Positions 27,501 to 30,614 of a stretch of 30,614 bases of DNA are shown here, one piece after another. The stretch spans positions 1 to 30,614 of the IMG/VR virus record IMGVR_UViG_3300017761_001293, one strand, 5' to 3'. Under the pieces are notes generated by a model. The model did not search any database, was not told the DNA's origin, and saw nothing but the letters and a program-made list of their open reading frames with translations. The number at the start of each line of letters is the position of its first letter. Positions within the stretch are counted from its first letter, which is position 1. This DNA comes from a virus (lineage: Duplodnaviria; Caudoviricetes). A program made the translations under genes and the position numbers.

Positions 27501-30500
27501 CAAGAATGGAAGCATATACCGCTGAGGAGTTAGAAATAGCCCCGGATGAGTATATGACTCAATATTTTGAGTTATTAGGCAATGGAACAATAACTTGGTC
27601 TGACAATGTAAAAGAAACCTTAATAAGTTTATGGAATAGTGTTATTAAACCAATATTCGTAAAGCAGGGATTTAAAAACATAGAATTTGAAGACGGTCGA
27701 GATATTTATAATTTTATAAAAGATTACGCTAAAACAATTAAAAAAGGAAAACTTTCTGAAAGAGCACAAGGATTGTTAAAAGCTGGAGAAAATATTTCTG
27801 GCGTAACAAAAATGTCTAAAACAAAATCTGAAACTTTAAAAGATCAATTAAATGAACTTGAGGATAATGAAGGTGATTTTGATCCAGATGATTTTGACCA
27901 GCAAGTTGCTAGTTTAAAAGCTCAGATTAAAAGAGCTATTGAAAAAGAAAAAACAGAAACTAAACCTGTTATTAAAAAAGAAGTGTCTGAGGAAGATACT
28001 GTTAAAGAAATAATTAATAACGAGAAAGGAACTCTATCTTCTGATAAAGTTCAACAAATATATGATGAAAAAGGATTAAATGGTGCGGCTGAAATTATAA
28101 AACTATTTAAACCTATTACAAATAAAATTGTAGATAAGCGTAGAGATGCTCCTGGATTTGACCGAGAATTATTAACTGACGAAATTGAAACTGGATCAGG
28201 TGGAATTCTGGATCTTATTAGAAGTTACAATGCAAGTAGGGGAGTTCCATTAGCAGCATATATAAATAAGCAATTACCCCTAAGAGCTATTGCCTCGTCA
28301 AAAAGAGTTTTAGACGAATCATTTAGTAAAGACGTTACCGAAGAGAAGGGATTGATGGCTGCAGAAACTGTTTCAGAAGTAAAAGAAAAACCAAAATATA
28401 AGAATGCATTAGAATCAAAAGTTTTTAGTCCAGAGGTCTTAGAATCAGCTAATAAAAAGATATTATCTGTTATTAGAACGTTAAAGTCTAGGATTGATGC
28501 TCCAGTGTCATTAAATAAGACTGTAACTCCATTAATTTCTGAAATTAGGGATCAAATTGGTAAACAATTAGATATTGATGTTAAAACTGCAATGGGCGGT
28601 AAAAAAGATAATCAATTACAAAATTGGTTATTAGATAATAAACAGTATGTCCTTGAGAATATGACCACCACCTGGTTAATGGGTAAAGACGGGCAAGGAG
28701 GCATGCCTATTGCTATTCAAAAACAAATTGATGGCAAATGGGTTAATTATCCTAATTGGGTTGGTCAAAAAATAGATAGAGAAAAAACATCTACCGATAA
28801 CGCTGGAAGAACCTCCGGTGCTGAATTAGTTAGAAGATTACCTAATGTTAATAATAACATATCAGATTCCCAATTTCTTGATCAAGTAATTGGCCCCGAT
28901 GGAAACCCGTTAAGAGGTAGAAAAGAATCTTTGGCAAAAGCAATTGCGGAAGAGTCTGCGTTTGATATAATTAATAATGATTTTGAAAATGAAGGGCCTA
29001 TATTTGATGCGTTTAAAGTCAATCAAGAAAGATTAGGTGTTGAGCTAATAGGCAATGTAGAAACCGAAATTTCAAGGCAAATAGAAAGAGGTAATGTTAA
29101 ATTTTCTATTACAAAAGACAACTTTAGACAAGTTACTTCAGACTTATTCCATGCTGCATCTGATTTTGGTATAGAATCAAAAGAGGTAGAAACTATTCTT
29201 AATAAATTGCCTTTAGATGAAAGAGAATTGGCAAAAGAATATGTTTTTGGCGATTATATTGATCTTGTTGCAAAACTTCAAAACATTAAAGCCGGAGTAA
29301 GAGGAACTGAATATGAAAATATAATATTAAAAGAATTAAAAAAACTTAAACTAACTGGTGTAAAAGTAATAAATACAAAAGCACAAGGTTTTGATTCAAC
29401 TGGATCTGGAGACATTAATATTCAATTAGGTAAAGATATACTAAACATTGAAGTTAAACTAAATAAACTTGCTCAAATGGGTAGTTTTTCAATGGAATTT
29501 GATTCTAAAAATGGTTCTTTTAGTCCTTCGCAAAAAATAGATGGATTAGATGAATTATCTAAAAAGTTAAAATCTAAATTAGGTTCATTTGAAGCTTATT
29601 CTAAAGCTGCGGAAGACTTAGGGGTAGAAACTTCTAAATGGCCGTATAAAATAACAAAAGAACAGCATGCAATATTAAAAACTAAAGGTTTTCAAAAGAA
29701 TCTTACCACATCTGTTGATATAGATCAAAAAGTTATTGAGCAACTTTATAATAATAAAGATGTTCATTATATAAATATAGGTAAAAATGGATTGTTCTCT
29801 TTAGGACAAGACATACTTAATTTAGGCGTTCCTCAATTATCTAGCAAAGTAAAATTAACAGCTAGATTAGTTAGAGGCGGTGATTACAATAGAATTAGAG
29901 TATTTCCTACATTAATTGATTTTAATCAAAAATCAAAATATAATATTGATAATGCAGCTTCTAATAATGCATTATTCACAAAATACAAACAAAATTTAGC
30001 AATTAAGCAAAGCAAAACAACGGAAGATGCTGTTGTAAAATCTTTAGACCCTAAGTTTTCTAAAACACCAAAAGGAATTTCTGTTTTTGATTTTGATGAC
30101 ACTGTTGGCTTGACAAAAAGCAATGTGCTATACACAATGTCCGATGGAACCAAAGGTAAATTAAATGCTGAAGAGTTTGCAAAAGACGGATCTAAATTAT
30201 TAAGCGAAGGAGCAGTATTTGACTTTTCGGAATTTAGCAAAGTTACTAATGGCAAACCAGGCCCTATGGTTGAAAAGATGAAGAAAATGATTGGCAAGTT
30301 TGGCCCAGATAATTTCTTTATACTTACTGCTCGCCCTGCAGATTCGGCGGGCCCTATTAATGAATTTCTAAAATCTATAGGTATAAATATACCATTAAAA
30401 AATATAACTGGATTAGGCAATAGTGCGGCTCAAGCAAAAGCCGATTGGATGACTGCAAAAGCAGCAGAAGGATATAATGATTTTTACTTTTCTGATGATG

Positions 30501-30614
30501 CAATACAAAATGTTAAAGCGGTTAAAGACGCTTTAGACGTTCTTGATGTCAAATCAAAAATACAACAAGCAAGAATTAAATTTAGTAAAACCATATCTAC
30601 AGAATTCAATAAGA
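24593..30614 (+). CDS. giant polyvalent ejection/cargo protein (partial, >2007 aa): zincin peptidase, sigma-like, PD-(D/E)xK nuclease and HAD phosphatase domains
   Basis: Hand translation from ATG 24593 (MNEYIHPNGYTY...) is open to the window end; HELLH 27386-27400; GILDLIRSYNASRGVPLAAYI from 28202; GD..EVK 29408-29458; DFDDT 30089-30103, TAR 30326, DD 30494. Confidence 0.9.
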   Translation, partial: MNEYIHPNGYTYTEDELISSAKKENMTLEEFISNRGIKPKKSKVPGKKKTVVKEDAVATAKGTASKSAKPSSVSSNNPFYEEIKPYDPLGLQKFKETPAPKPAKATKPVGQGYKYDSRGYLVPKDTKEPSLWDDVKDFARNLFPDSEENNNGKLTYYNQTPIKEQQAAFNKDSKDAMNATGKFEFLKDYKPEDRALFISKLLPRTNYTEKKYNQLTNKYETVLRQEAVDYVMQDIDPTKFKTKAQIDNAVALNIKKLASQDKAFEFEQQYAQAKAAPLIESKIAEIKKKYTLDTPESVAKATKELQDYAAITTSDFLVNSSGFQNLNQAFASIEDQAAINLTKQYERSKEGILSFYDTGEKIGKALEKRGGLIGVGGKIIQGVGKLAEGIQEGFINVGSAVEQSLVSTNQGQIADLNSIYSNIKDKPDDAPIDKSFGYEWENKELNTYDPKEQDIPKTYGEAKTRLKKYLNKTTSIINDRVETIANTREYTDLFNKADLKDGVQLNDVFTLVGQQAPNLLLTGAAAATGNPLLVGLSAANIFTQEYGNQYYDTIETGLREDLNRTPTNKEIAEAIGEGKYANRAEAAAGAALSASLEYASQLNILKNTGKALGFGNDAKTVLGSLFRGEIKNFSKSMIQSGTNIAKSGLGEYLTESAQQAISQSVKGLQLQGDVSKYINLEEINEAGKAGGIIGAVFPFVGTIKTQTGIELRASATKVATMFDLSGANMANLIQVDKFFNEASKNIEERFKVGDITKEQKQTELETLGTIRSAGVKIPSEFASGAKEKALGLMLEKANIEKAIDGKDKDLVTPETERLKEISSELATIAISERERIKIETNKETLDKSIESIEAIVDKEGNKVYENAIGSGKSVEVFETTAEAQVAYDKWALENNEKQQDITKSDGFALPNGQILVNKERAAKVGALNVAPHELLHNILKSEFSDSKRKIELKDKFLSVLSKSERTKLDTRMEAYTAEELEIAPDEYMTQYFELLGNGTITWSDNVKETLISLWNSVIKPIFVKQGFKNIEFEDGRDIYNFIKDYAKTIKKGKLSERAQGLLKAGENISGVTKMSKTKSETLKDQLNELEDNEGDFDPDDFDQQVASLKAQIKRAIEKEKTETKPVIKKEVSEEDTVKEIINNEKGTLSSDKVQQIYDEKGLNGAAEIIKLFKPITNKIVDKRRDAPGFDRELLTDEIETGSGGILDLIRSYNASRGVPLAAYINKQLPLRAIASSKRVLDESFSKDVTEEKGLMAAETVSEVKEKPKYKNALESKVFSPEVLESANKKILSVIRTLKSRIDAPVSLNKTVTPLISEIRDQIGKQLDIDVKTAMGGKKDNQLQNWLLDNKQYVLENMTTTWLMGKDGQGGMPIAIQKQIDGKWVNYPNWVGQKIDREKTSTDNAGRTSGAELVRRLPNVNNNISDSQFLDQVIGPDGNPLRGRKESLAKAIAEESAFDIINNDFENEGPIFDAFKVNQERLGVELIGNVETEISRQIERGNVKFSITKDNFRQVTSDLFHAASDFGIESKEVETILNKLPLDERELAKEYVFGDYIDLVAKLQNIKAGVRGTEYENIILKELKKLKLTGVKVINTKAQGFDSTGSGDINIQLGKDILNIEVKLNKLAQMGSFSMEFDSKNGSFSPSQKIDGLDELSKKLKSKLGSFEAYSKAAEDLGVETSKWPYKITKEQHAILKTKGFQKNLTTSVDIDQKVIEQLYNNKDVHYINIGKNGLFSLGQDILNLGVPQLSSKVKLTARLVRGGDYNRIRVFPTLIDFNQKSKYNIDNAASNNALFTKYKQNLAIKQSKTTEDAVVKSLDPKFSKTPKGISVFDFDDTVGLTKSNVLYTMSDGTKGKLNAEEFAKDGSKLLSEGAVFDFSEFSKVTNGKPGPMVEKMKKMIGKFGPDNFFILTARPADSAGPINEFLKSIGINIPLKNITGLGNSAAQAKADWMTAKAAEGYNDFYFSDDAIQNVKAVKDALDVLDVKSKIQQARIKFSKTISTEFNK

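Noticed and set aside
27872-27898. GDFDPDDFD as an RNA polymerase DxDxD catalytic loop (crAss-like virion RNAP)
   Set aside because: It lies in an acidic turn between two coiled-coil helices with no double-psi beta-barrel context; an RNAP domain beyond the window end cannot be excluded.
24607-30420. Minus-strand ORFs 24607-24789, 26707-27138, 27125-27331 and 29926-30420
   Set aside because: They are antisense shadows of the giant plus-strand ORF, which carries clear enzyme motifs.

Overview
AT-rich (roughly one-third GC by eye), all-plus-strand virion morphogenesis region of a tailed dsDNA phage, most likely a short-tailed phage of a Bacteroidota host with crAss-like gene order. The host inference rests on AT-rich ATTATG starts without Shine-Dalgarno motifs and a Bacteroidota-style signal peptide. 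Gene order: small accessory/virion genes (HExxH mini-peptidase, secreted protein, low-complexity protein, RcGTA-like head-spike base and fibre), tandem GroES-like co-chaperonin, terminase, portal, scaffold, major capsid protein, neck/ring proteins, tail stabilization (muzzle-like) protein split over two genes, then three ejection/cargo proteins. The last cargo gene (24593 to beyond the window end, >2007 aa) is missing from the supplied ORF track because it has no stop codon in the window. I translated it by hand. It reads as a polyvalent protein: Gly/Ala-rich hydrophobic region, zincin peptidase (HELLH), sigma70 region-2-like segment, PD-(D/E)xK nuclease and HAD phosphatase, with a K-[FMQ]-S-[KI] motif at the domain boundaries. 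The most interesting hypothesis is an injected, self-processing polyprotein that delivers a sigma-like factor and nucleic-acid enzymes. All family assignments come from motif recognition by eye; no searches were run.
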